Assembly: GCA_036273735.1 (NCBI GenBank)
Contig: DASUHA010000033.1
Span: forward strand, 23,978-47,977
Direction: 5' to 3'
Length of the DNA stretch: 24,000 nucleotides
Source: Steroidobacteraceae bacterium
Lineage (GTDB): Bacteria; Pseudomonadota; Gammaproteobacteria; Steroidobacterales; Steroidobacteraceae
In this document: positions 8,568 through 15,788 of the stretch, piece by piece
How the letters are laid out: each line of letters begins with the position of its first letter
Position numbering within the stretch: position 1 is the stretch's first letter
Position numbers and translations under genes: made by a program
The notes under the pieces: generated by a model
Seen by the model: only the letters and a program-made list of their open reading frames with translations
Database searches by the model: none
What the model was told of the DNA's origin: nothing

Positions 8568-9595
8568 GACGGCATGTTCCGCACAACGAGAACCGTTGCG
8601 TCGTCATCGTCACGCGCGAGGGCAGCGAGCAGGCGCTGGGCGGCGACGGATGCGGTCTCGTGCGCGATCCAGGGAAAATCACTGAAGTCCCAGCGTGACC
8701 GGAGCCCGTCGGAGTGCATGACCAGGACGGTCCTGGGGCTGAAAGGATGTTCAGCGGTCGCAGGCGCCGGCGCTCTGAGCCCGACGACTCCGCGTCGGGG
8801 AACGAGAGCGAGCCGTTCCGGGCCTCCCCACACGCGCAGCTCGATATCGCCAACACTCGCCACGGTGAAAGTCTGGCGGCTGGCATCCAAGAGCACCAGC
8901 ATCATCACGACTCCGCGCGTCGCCTGGCAGGCTCGTCCCGCTCCGCGGAATAGCGCCTCGAGCGGTTGGTCATGATGCTGCTCGACATACTGGCGAGCAG
9001 CCTGCGCTGCACGCTGGGCGAACTGGCCGTGCCCCAGGCCGTCGATAACCCCTGCGAGCGCCTTGTCTCCCCATTTACAGATGACGAACGCGTCGCCATT
9101 TTCGTGCAGTTGACGGTAGGCGCGGCTCGCGACCCCAAAGTCCAGCTTTGGCGCGGCGCTCGAGGCTGCCCGCTGGCGCACCCAGCGCCGGCACACGATG
9201 TGCGCGCCCGCGCTGCCGCCCGGGGAGTATTCCAACTCGTCCATCAGCCGGTTGACGGCACCGAGTCCTGTGCCGAGGCTACGTAAGGTACTGAATCCGT
9301 CGGTCAGAGCGCGTTCGAAGTCTTCGAAGCCCGGTCCCGAGTCGGCCGACTCGATCTGGATGCCCTGGCGCGCCTCGCGCGAAGTAGGCTCGAGCGACAG
9401 GGTGCCGCCGCCGGCGTGTCGGATCAGGTTGGAGGCGAGCTCCGTCACGGCCAGCGCGACTTCTTCGCAATCGCCGGCCGAGAAACCTACGGATGCGCTC
9501 AGGCGCCGCGCCGCATCCTCCGCGATCCTGATATCGACAGGATCAGCAATGCGCATCGTGACCGGGCGCAGCGAGCTTGCACCCGGCTGACTCAC
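8564..9595 (-). CDS. Fusion protein: RsbT/RsbW-like serine kinase (HATPase_c_2) + SpoIIE/PP2C phosphatase (RsbX-like)
   Basis: N-terminal half: ALAVTELASNLIRHAGGG...DSGPGF...GTGLGAVNRLMDELE. C-terminal half: NGDAFV...AGVIDGLGHGQFAQRAA...VASVGDIE...VLVMHSDGL. Start placed at GTG 9595, which forms GTGA with the rsbT stop. Alternatives are ATG 9607 or ATG 9556. The rest of the 417-aa tracked ORF overlaps rsbT and is Arg/Gly-rich junk. Confidence 0.8.
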   Translation of the reverse strand: MSQPGASSLRPVTMRIADPVDIRIAEDAARRLSASVGFSAGDCEEVALAVTELASNLIRHAGGGTLSLEPTSREARQGIQIESADSGPGFEDFERALTDGFSTLRSLGTGLGAVNRLMDELEYSPGGSAGAHIVCRRWVRQRAASSAAPKLDFGVASRAYRQLHENGDAFVICKWGDKALAGVIDGLGHGQFAQRAAQAARQYVEQHHDQPLEALFRGAGRACQATRGVVMMLVLLDASRQTFTVASVGDIELRVWGGPERLALVPRRGVVGLRAPAPATAEHPFSPRTVLVMHSDGLRSRWDFSDFPWIAHETASVAAQRLLAALARDDDDATVLVVRNMPS

Positions 9596-10002
9596 GGTGG
9601 ACACCATTTGCGCGAAGTGACCGTCGTGCCCGCGCCCGGCGCCGTACGGATCTCCAACTCGTCCATCAGCCGGCGGGCAGCGGGCAGTCCCAGGCCGAGT
9701 CCCTTGCCGCTGGAGTAGCCTTGCTGCAGCGCGAGCTCCACGTCCGCGATGCCCGGGCCCTGGTCGATGAACTCGAGCTCGATGCCGCGCCGTCCGCCGC
9801 TCTCCAGGCGACGCCACCGCATTACACCGCCGCCCCCATACTTGTGCACGTTGCGCGCGAGTTCTGACGCCGCAGTGACGACGCGCGTCACATCGGTGAG
9901 GCCAAAGCCGAGCTCCATGACAGCTTCGCGTACCGAGCGCCTTGCTGCAACGATATCCCCCTCGCTGCGGATCGAGACCTCCCCCTGAGCAGTCCCGGTC
10001 AT
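9592..10002 (-). CDS. rsbT: RsbT-like stressosome serine kinase / switch protein
   Basis: 136 aa single HATPase_c_2 domain: DIVAARRSVRE...TAASELARNVHKYGGGG...DQGPGI...GKGLGLGLPAARRLMDELE. The ATG overlaps the rsbS stop (ATGA, 10002-9999). Confidence 0.85.
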   Translation of the reverse strand: MTGTAQGEVSIRSEGDIVAARRSVREAVMELGFGLTDVTRVVTAASELARNVHKYGGGGVMRWRRLESGGRRGIELEFIDQGPGIADVELALQQGYSSGKGLGLGLPAARRLMDELEIRTAPGAGTTVTSRKWCPP

Positions 10003-10379
10003 CGCCGTGAGCGGCCGGTAACCGGCCGATCCAGCAGATCCAACGCGCGCTCGACGGAGAGAGCCGTCTCGATGCCGCCGAGAGTGATCCCGATCTGGGT
10101 CGCGGTGACCGCGACGGACGGCCGCATCCCTACCACTACCGTCCGTCCGCCCATCAGTGCAACCATGCTTGCGGTCTCCGCGACGGTGCGGGCGAAAAAT
10201 GAATCCAGAGTCTCCACCGAGCCGATATCCAGCACCACGCCCTTGGCATCGACCCGCTGCATTGCCGCGAGCACCTCATCCTGGAGCGCGGAAACCGTGG
10301 CATCGTCGGGGTCCGAGGGCACCGTTACCATCAAAGTCTTGCGTACGATGATGATGGAGATCGAGTTGCGGTCGCTCAT
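9999..10379 (-). CDS. rsbS: RsbS-like single-STAS stressosome scaffold protein
   Basis: 126 aa from ATG 10379: ISIIIVRKTLMVTVPSD...VLDIGSVETLDSFFARTV...GGRTVVVGMRPSVAVT. The conserved Ser lies in the ...LDS context. Confidence 0.85.
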   Translation of the reverse strand: MSDRNSISIIIVRKTLMVTVPSDPDDATVSALQDEVLAAMQRVDAKGVVLDIGSVETLDSFFARTVAETASMVALMGGRTVVVGMRPSVAVTATQIGITLGGIETALSVERALDLLDRPVTGRSRR

Positions 10380-10413
10380 CGGCCGTACCTCGCAGAGGCT
10401 CTTTGGGGAAAGC

Positions 10414-11280
10414 TCAACCGCCCGCCGTCGCTCGAGGAGCGACACACAGCTCGAGCAGCTCAAATGCCGTGCGCAGCCCCGCGCTCAGCGAAGAGCGCGT
10501 CGAGACATTGGAGAGATCGATCCCCAGGTGCACGAGTGTCTGTGCGATCGATGGCCGTACGCCTGTGAGCACCACCTCCGAACCGAGCAGCCGTACTGCA
10601 GCGATGGTCTCGATGAGGTGTTGAGCGGTCTGAGTATCGATGGCCGGTACGCCGGTGATGTCGAGCAGCGCCACGGGCGAGGCCGTCTCCATCACCTTGT
10701 TGAGCAGCACGTCCATCAGCTGTTGAGTGCGCTGGCTGTTGAGCGTGCCGATGAGCGGTACGAGCAGGATTCCGGACCATACCTGCACCACCGGGACCGC
10801 GGCCATCTCGAGAATCTCCTGCGCCTGCCTGCGGATCTTCTCCTCGGACTCCCGGCGAGCCGTCAAGTCGCGGGTTACCTTACCGAAGCCCCGCAGCCTG
10901 CCTTCCGAGTCGCGCAGGGCCGTGATGATGACGTTGGCCCAGAACCGAGAGCCGTCCTTGCGGACCCGCCAACCCTCGTCCTCGAAGCGCCCCTCCTGCG
11001 AGGCCACTTTGAGCTCCATCTCGGTCTTGCCGTTCTGCAGGTCTTCCGGCGGATAGAAGCGCGAGAAGTGTTGGCCGACGATCTCATCGGCCTTCCAGCC
11101 CTTCAGGCGCTCGGCGGCCGCATTCCAGGAGAGTACGTGGCCACGCGGGTCCAGGGTGATGATCGCGTAGTCCTTGATGTTCTCGATGAGCAGGCGCACG
11201 AGCTCCTGCGTCTCCGGCGAGGTCTGGCTGGCCGCGGCCCCAGGGAGGCCGCCGGACCGAGGCTCGAACTGCGTTCCCAT
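10414..11280 (-). CDS. rsbR: RsbR-like stressosome sensor: N-terminal PAS domain + C-terminal STAS
   Basis: PAS: IKDYAIITLDPRGHVLSWNAAAERLKGWKADEIVGQHF...RVRKDGSRFWANVIITALRDSEGRLRGFGKVTRDLT. STAS: VPVVQVWSGILLVPLIGTLNSQR...ALLDITGVPAIDTQTAQHL...GSEVVLTGVRPSIAQTL. Start taken at ATG 11280 (GGGAG 8 nt upstream). ATG 11295 is the alternative. Confidence 0.85.
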   Translation of the reverse strand: MGTQFEPRSGGLPGAAASQTSPETQELVRLLIENIKDYAIITLDPRGHVLSWNAAAERLKGWKADEIVGQHFSRFYPPEDLQNGKTEMELKVASQEGRFEDEGWRVRKDGSRFWANVIITALRDSEGRLRGFGKVTRDLTARRESEEKIRRQAQEILEMAAVPVVQVWSGILLVPLIGTLNSQRTQQLMDVLLNKVMETASPVALLDITGVPAIDTQTAQHLIETIAAVRLLGSEVVLTGVRPSIAQTLVHLGIDLSNVSTRSSLSAGLRTAFELLELCVAPRATAGG

Positions 11281-11431
11281 CAGAGTCACTCCCATACGGC
11301 TCGGATGGAACCGAAACTTACCGCATTATTGCCGGCGATGTTGGACTTGGTTCAAACCTCGCCCGGCGCCAGCAAGAAATCCGCTCTCGCCGGGGGCGGT
11401 GGGTGCCGGGCTGAGGCGGGCACCGGCGGGG

Positions 11432-11932
11432 CTAGACCTCGCGTAGGGCGCGGGGCGGCAAGAGGGCTGTCAGGGTGCCCTGGCCGGCGCGCGGCGGCCC
11501 GTCGAAGCTCAGGCAGAGGACGGCGCCTTTCTTCAGCTCGAAACCCTCCGGCCGCGGATCGCCGCGCAGGCATAGCGCCAGCAGCTTGCCCAGCCCGGGC
11601 TGATGGCCGACTACCGCCACGCATTCGGCGCCGGCACCCTCGCGCCTCAGAGCCGCCAGCATTTCCTGCGGAGATTTCCCCGGCGCGAATGCATCACACT
11701 GCACCGCCTCCGGCCATCGTGCTGCTCGCGTGAGGATCACTGCTGTGTCCCGTGCGCGCACTAACGGGCTCGTCAGTACCAGAGCCGGGCGCCGAGCGAT
11801 GCGCTTCAGGCCCGCAGCGGCCCGCCGCGCCTTTTTGATTCCCTCCGCGGTCAATGGGCGTTCGTTGTCATCGGGCCAGCGCTTCGCGTCGCGCTCGAAG
11901 GCGATGGCGTGGCGCACGACGAGAAGCTGCAT
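11432..11932 (-). CDS. sixA: SixA-like phosphohistidine phosphatase (histidine phosphatase superfamily branch 1)
   Basis: MQLLVVRHAIA...ERPLTAEGIKKAR...LVLTSPLVRARDTA...VAVVGHQPGLGKLL. ATG 11932 is preceded by GGGAG inside the upstream gene. The tracked TTG 11938 start is less likely. Confidence 0.8.
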   Translation of the reverse strand: MQLLVVRHAIAFERDAKRWPDDNERPLTAEGIKKARRAAAGLKRIARRPALVLTSPLVRARDTAVILTRAARWPEAVQCDAFAPGKSPQEMLAALRREGAGAECVAVVGHQPGLGKLLALCLRGDPRPEGFELKKGAVLCLSFDGPPRAGQGTLTALLPPRALREV

Positions 11933-11934
11933 GA

Positions 11935-13797
11935 TCAACTCCCGTCTGCATTTGCCGAGGCGGATCCGCCGCGGGCGCTCGCGAGTGGCCCCTCGCGCCT
12001 GATGTCGTTGGCGTAGCCGCGGCTCTGCGAGGTGCCATCGCGAAGCTCCTTCATCCGCGAGCGCAGAGTCTTCCAGCGCCTGCCGCGCACCCTGCGCCAG
12101 GACTTCCCGACTTTGTCGCCCATCCGGACGGCATTCCGCGAGTGAGGTTCCGCCAGCCTGCCGATGAGAAAGAGCGTCCGGGGCCCGAAGCCCGCCGGGG
12201 GGTGCTTTGCGAGTTGGGTGAGATATCGCGTGACGGCGTCGCCATCGTGTTGGATGCCGAGCCTGCTTTGCAGTTTGCGCAGCGCATCGAGCATTTCATG
12301 TGCGGGTTTCGCGTAGCTCGGAGCGACGACTTCGAGCGCGTAGCGCAGCTTCTTCGTGTGTATCCGGACCTTGTGGTATTCGCCGATCGGTGAGTCAGGC
12401 CTCACCTGGCGCGCGCGTTTGCGCAATTTCCGGTAGCGCCTGCGGATCAGATCGGGCACGACGGCTAACGCTGAGGCAGTGCGTGGTGATGCGACCTGTT
12501 GGGCGGCGGCTCGTGCAAGCTGGCCGGGCAGTGCGTCCAGCCACTGGCGCGCCGGCTTTGCATCCATGACTCGCAGCATGGTGGAGTGAGCTTCGCGCCT
12601 TTCGCGCTCGAGCTGGCGCAGTAATGGGTCGAGCGCGCGGCGGTCTCCCTCGGTGAGGCTGCTGCGGAATGCGCTTGCCACTGCGACGCGAATGTCCACG
12701 TCCCGCACAGCACCTGACGCCTCGAGCAGACTCCTGAGCCTTGGGCGGCTCTTGCGCAGGTCGGGCGGGAGGTAATCGCCAAAGAGACTGAGGACGGTAT
12801 CCATCCGGCGGCCGGTCACGCGTAGCGCATGCAGCGCCTCCGGACTCTCTCCGAGCCTCGCGCTGGGCTCATGGGCGTACCACTCATCGAGAAGGCGCCG
12901 GAGCGCTGCGATGGCAATTTCACCGGCGCCGGTCGAGGCGCCCATCGCGTCTGGCGCGGGTGCTATTTTCTCGTCAGGCTCCCGCCTCTGGGGCGGCTCG
13001 AGCGCCACCGAGCGCAGGCCAACGGCAAATTTGTTTTCCGTTGCGGGACGTAGTCCGCATTCGGTGCGCAGTCGACTCGCGAGCCGCTCCAGCGCGCGGT
13101 GGTCAGGACCGGTCGACTCGAGCTCCACGCGCTTGAGGCGTGTCGAGCCGCGGTGACTATCGCTGCGCGAAAATTGCGTCTCATCGAGGGCGATCTCGCC
13201 CAGTTCCTGCGAGCGATCACTGCTCCGCACTGCGAAGCGCTGGCGCGAGGTATGGACCTCAAAAAGCGTACGCAGCGGCTTTGCCCCCGTGACGTCGCGG
13301 ACGCGACTGCCGACGGGGCCTTCCGCCCGAGCCAAGGCTCTGATGCCGCGCTCGGGCAGTGACTCCGTGAGCTCCCGCCGGTCGGCAAGGTCGTCGCGGG
13401 CGGATCGCAGACCTTTCAAGGTAGTCTCCACCTTGCCCCCCCGCTCTCCGCGCAGGCGTAGTGCGAATCCCGCGCGGAAAACGCGCCAGTCGGGGGTGTC
13501 GAGGTATGTATCGCGAAGGTGCTGCGTCGGCAACTGCTCGATCCTCAACCCGTCCAGGGACGGGTGTCGCTCAAGCCAGCGGCGCACCGGACGTAGGTCC
13601 GTGGTGGCAAGCTGCCATTCGATCTCTCGCTCTTTGCCACGCTCCTCCCCGGCCTCGGCATCGAGGTCCGGCGCCGAGTCCGGCGCAGGGCCCAAGGCGG
13701 GTAGGGTAGGGGCGGGGGTGGGATTGGGCTTGGGCGGTGCCATGGAATGCTCGAGAATAAACCCAAATTGACGCTTGCTCGCCCGGTTCCGTATCAT
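11935..13797 (-). CDS. CYTH domain + CHAD domain protein (triphosphate-tunnel / polyphosphate-associated family)
   Basis: CYTH-like N-terminal half: EIEWQLA...LRDTYLDTPDWRVFRAGFALRLR...ETTLKGL...EIALDET. CHAD-like C-terminal half: ALHALRVTGRRMDTVLSLF...VRDVDI...YHKVRIHTKKLRYALEV. Start is ATG 13797 or ATG 13743. Confidence 0.8.
   Translation of the reverse strand: MIRNRASKRQFGFILEHSMAPPKPNPTPAPTLPALGPAPDSAPDLDAEAGEERGKEREIEWQLATTDLRPVRRWLERHPSLDGLRIEQLPTQHLRDTYLDTPDWRVFRAGFALRLRGERGGKVETTLKGLRSARDDLADRRELTESLPERGIRALARAEGPVGSRVRDVTGAKPLRTLFEVHTSRQRFAVRSSDRSQELGEIALDETQFSRSDSHRGSTRLKRVELESTGPDHRALERLASRLRTECGLRPATENKFAVGLRSVALEPPQRREPDEKIAPAPDAMGASTGAGEIAIAALRRLLDEWYAHEPSARLGESPEALHALRVTGRRMDTVLSLFGDYLPPDLRKSRPRLRSLLEASGAVRDVDIRVAVASAFRSSLTEGDRRALDPLLRQLERERREAHSTMLRVMDAKPARQWLDALPGQLARAAAQQVASPRTASALAVVPDLIRRRYRKLRKRARQVRPDSPIGEYHKVRIHTKKLRYALEVVAPSYAKPAHEMLDALRKLQSRLGIQHDGDAVTRYLTQLAKHPPAGFGPRTLFLIGRLAEPHSRNAVRMGDKVGKSWRRVRGRRWKTLRSRMKELRDGTSQSRGYANDIRREGPLASARGGSASANADGS
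13768..13797 (+). promoter_or_regulatory. Candidate sigma70 promoter for the tRNA-Arg/His/Lys cluster
   Basis: TTGACG (13768-13773), 18-nt spacer, TATCAT (13792-13797), followed by a GC-rich discriminator gcgcgccccc. About 120 nt upstream of tRNA-Arg. It overlaps the longer start option of the divergent CYTH-CHAD ORF. Confidence 0.4.
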
Positions 13798-13917
13798 GCG
13801 CGCCCCCGTGCGGCGGGTCTGGCAGGGCTCGGTTGCCGGTAACGTGGCACGCGTCCGACCGGCGCGGCATGATGCAGGCAGCGAGAGGACACCGAGCGAG
13901 TGGGCGATGCAGTCCGC

Positions 13918-13994
13918 GTGCCCGTAGCTCAGTTGGATAGAGCACCGGCCTTCTAAGCCGGTGGTCGCAGGTTCGAGTCCTGCCGGGCACGCCA
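13918..13994 (+). tRNA. tRNA-Arg (anticodon TCT)
   Basis: 77-nt hand-folded cloverleaf. Acceptor GTGCCCG/CGGGCAC, anticodon stem CCGGC/GCCGG with loop CTTCTAA, T-arm GCAGG-TTCGAGT-CCTGC, encoded CCA. Confidence 0.93.
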
Positions 13995-14109
13995 GCCGCC
14001 GAACGGAAACGGCAGGCCGATGTGCCCGGCTCGCCGAGAGCCTGCCGGCCGGTTCGGGGGCTTGCCTGGGCCCGCAAGGGCACGGGGAAGGGGAATGGAT
14101 GGCGACAAC

Positions 14110-14186
14110 GGTGGACGTAGCTCAGCTGGTAGAGTCCCGGGTTGTGATCCCGGTTGTCGCGGGTTCGAGTCCCGTCGTCCACCCCA
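14110..14186 (+). tRNA. tRNA-His (anticodon GTG) with encoded G-1
   Basis: 77 nt. G-1 opposite discriminator C, acceptor GTGGACG/CGTCCAC, anticodon stem CCGGG/CCCGG with loop TTGTGAT, T-loop TTCGAGT, CCA. Confidence 0.93.
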
Positions 14187-14208
14187 CCATTTTATAAATG
14201 GGCCGTTA

Positions 14209-14284
14209 GCTCAGCTGGTAGAGCAGGAGACTCTTAATCTCTTGGTCGTAGGTTCGATCCCTACACGGCCCACCAGATTGATCG
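14209..14284 (+). tRNA. tRNA-Lys (anticodon CTT)
   Basis: 76 nt. Acceptor GGGCCGT/ACGGCCC, anticodon stem GGAGA/TCTCT with loop CTCTTAA, T-arm GTAGG-TTCGATC-CCTAC, CCA. Confidence 0.93.
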
Positions 14285-14319
14285 AAATATCAGCAGCTTG
14301 CCAGCGCGTAATGGCTGTC

Positions 14320-14561
14320 CAGACCAAGGAATACCGGCGCAGCGGCGCTACCGTCAACCGCTACATCGCCGCCCGATCGCACCTGTTCTCGTTCGCGGTC
14401 AAGGAGCGCCGGTGATCGACCGCAACCCGGTTGGCGACATTCGCCGCAAGAAGGAATCAAGGGACCGGACGCGATTTCTTTCGGACGAGGAGCACGATGA
14501 GCTACTAGTTGCCTGCGCCAGGTCCGACTGGCCGCCGCATCACCCCCTGGTTCTGCTCGTG
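14320..14561 (+). pseudogene. Tyrosine-recombinase (phage-type integrase) N-terminal fragment, frameshifted and lacking the catalytic domain
   Basis: Two frames read ...SGATVNRYIAARSHLFSFAVKERR* and then IDRNPVGDIRRKKESRDRTRFLSDEEHDELLVACARSDWPP..PLVLLV. This matches the SAM-like/core-binding region of integrases found next to tRNA genes. No R..HxxR..Y catalytic region follows. Confidence 0.65.
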
Positions 14562-14818
14562 CCGCTCCGGACCTTTGCCGATTGGAATGAGCCGCTTCCC
14601 GGCAGCATGGAGATGGATCTGGTGGCTCATTGTGGCGAGGTGACCGTGGCAGCTACGTTCACAGCTTGGTACTGACCGATATCGCCAGCGGGTGGACGGA
14701 AGCGGCGCCTCTTGTGGTCAGGGAAAGCGGTCTGGTGGTAGAGACACTCGAGCGCATCCGCACCGGCTTGCCCTTTGCCCTCCGAGCACTTGATGTGGAC
14801 AACGGCAGCGAATTTTAG
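14562..14818 (+). mobile_element. DDE (rve/integrase-core type) transposase fragment, frameshifted and truncated; IS family not assigned
   Basis: PLRTFADWNEPLPGSMEMDLVAHCGE, then after a frame change GSYVHSLVLTDIASGWTEAAPLVVRESGLVVETLERIRTGLPFALRALDVDNGSEF*. It is joined directly to the integrase remnant. No terminal inverted repeats were found by eye. Confidence 0.55.
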
Positions 14819-15008
14819 GGGGCCGCTCCCAGCCCCACTTCGACTGACGGCTCTTGGCCGTACCTGGCAATCAGGGCTGTCAATGGGCCCATGCCGACCC
14901 TGTGCCGTCGGCTGCTAATGACCGCTATTGGCGGTATGCAAAGCCTTTGAGTTCGGCCTCTACAAGAATTAGCATCACGCCAATAACAATCTTCAAAGGA
15001 CCTGCTTT

Positions 15009-15503
15009 GTGCGCTTAGTCATTCCCATTGCATCCTTTCTACTGCTGTCTGCTTGCGGCGCGCCGGTATATTTGCGGCCAAATGGCCCGAATCAAATCGC
15101 TTCCGCATCGGTGCAAGGCTCCAAAGCGCAGATTCTCGCAGCCGCTGTCAAAGCCCTCGTTCAGAACGGATACCAGATCACAACAGTCGATAATGCTTCG
15201 GGCCTCATATCGACAGCACCGCAACCGATACACGTTACGCATGAGCAAGCGGATTGCGGAAGGGTGAAGGGGCTGCTTGCGTCAGCTGACCCACTGACAT
15301 ACCCGCAGCCAAGGACTCGTGTTGCCTTGAACATGATTGTTGTGGACAACCACATCGAAGTGCGATCCAAGATAGATGAGCGTCTCGCTGATGAGTATGC
15401 GCATACACAGAGAGACCTAACGTGCGTCTCCCGGGGAGTTCTTGAGCAAGAAATGCTGAACGAAATCAAAGCCAGACTTTACAGATCGCCCGCACTGTAT
15501 TGA
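15009..15503 (+). CDS. Hypothetical lipoprotein (orphan, in the lower-GC patch)
   Basis: 164 aa. GTG start with AAGGA 8 nt upstream. Signal peptide with lipobox LLSAC (Cys16). No recognisable family by eye. Confidence 0.6.
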   Translation: MRLVIPIASFLLLSACGAPVYLRPNGPNQIASASVQGSKAQILAAAVKALVQNGYQITTVDNASGLISTAPQPIHVTHEQADCGRVKGLLASADPLTYPQPRTRVALNMIVVDNHIEVRSKIDERLADEYAHTQRDLTCVSRGVLEQEMLNEIKARLYRSPALY

Positions 15504-15788
15504 CGCCCGCTGAAAGCGAACTCCAAGTGTCTGCCGCCGTGGACACTGAGGATCAATATGCTTCTGCGCACCACCGGCAGCTCCTATCGTCCCAAGCAGT
15601 ATCATGCCCGCAACTTCATCGCGCGTCGGGCTATCCGCTGCACCGTAAAACAGCGCAAATAGCCCACGACCGGTTTCGGGAAGTCCAGCACCTTGCCGGT
15701 GTGGCCGATCGGATAGAACGGCGAGGAATCACAGTCAATCAGTCAGACAAGAGAAGAACTAATCAGTTTATCCGACCACGTTGACGTC

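Noticed and set aside
8564-9817. Full 417-aa version of the kinase::PP2C ORF
   Set aside because: The first ~74 codons overlap rsbT in another frame and read as Arg/Gly/Pro-rich sequence. A GTGA coupling start at 9595 matches the other junctions in the operon.
11380-11431. Hairpin ggtgcc...ggcacc downstream of sixA as a terminator separating it from rsbR
   Set aside because: It has only a 6-bp stem with an 11-nt loop and no U-tract on the minus strand. That is insufficient to call a terminator.
10072-11733. 553-aa plus-strand ORF
   Set aside because: It is antisense to rsbS, rsbR and sixA, all of which have clear domain motifs. Its translation is Arg/Ala/Pro-rich with no recognisable family.
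14819-14985. Open frame continuing after the transposase stop (GAAPSPTSTDGSWPYLAIRAVNGPMPTLCRRLLMTAIGGMQSL)
   Set aside because: It does not resemble the continuation of a DDE transposase core and has no start or RBS. It vaguely recalls short dispersed repeat-encoded peptides, but I cannot support that from one copy.
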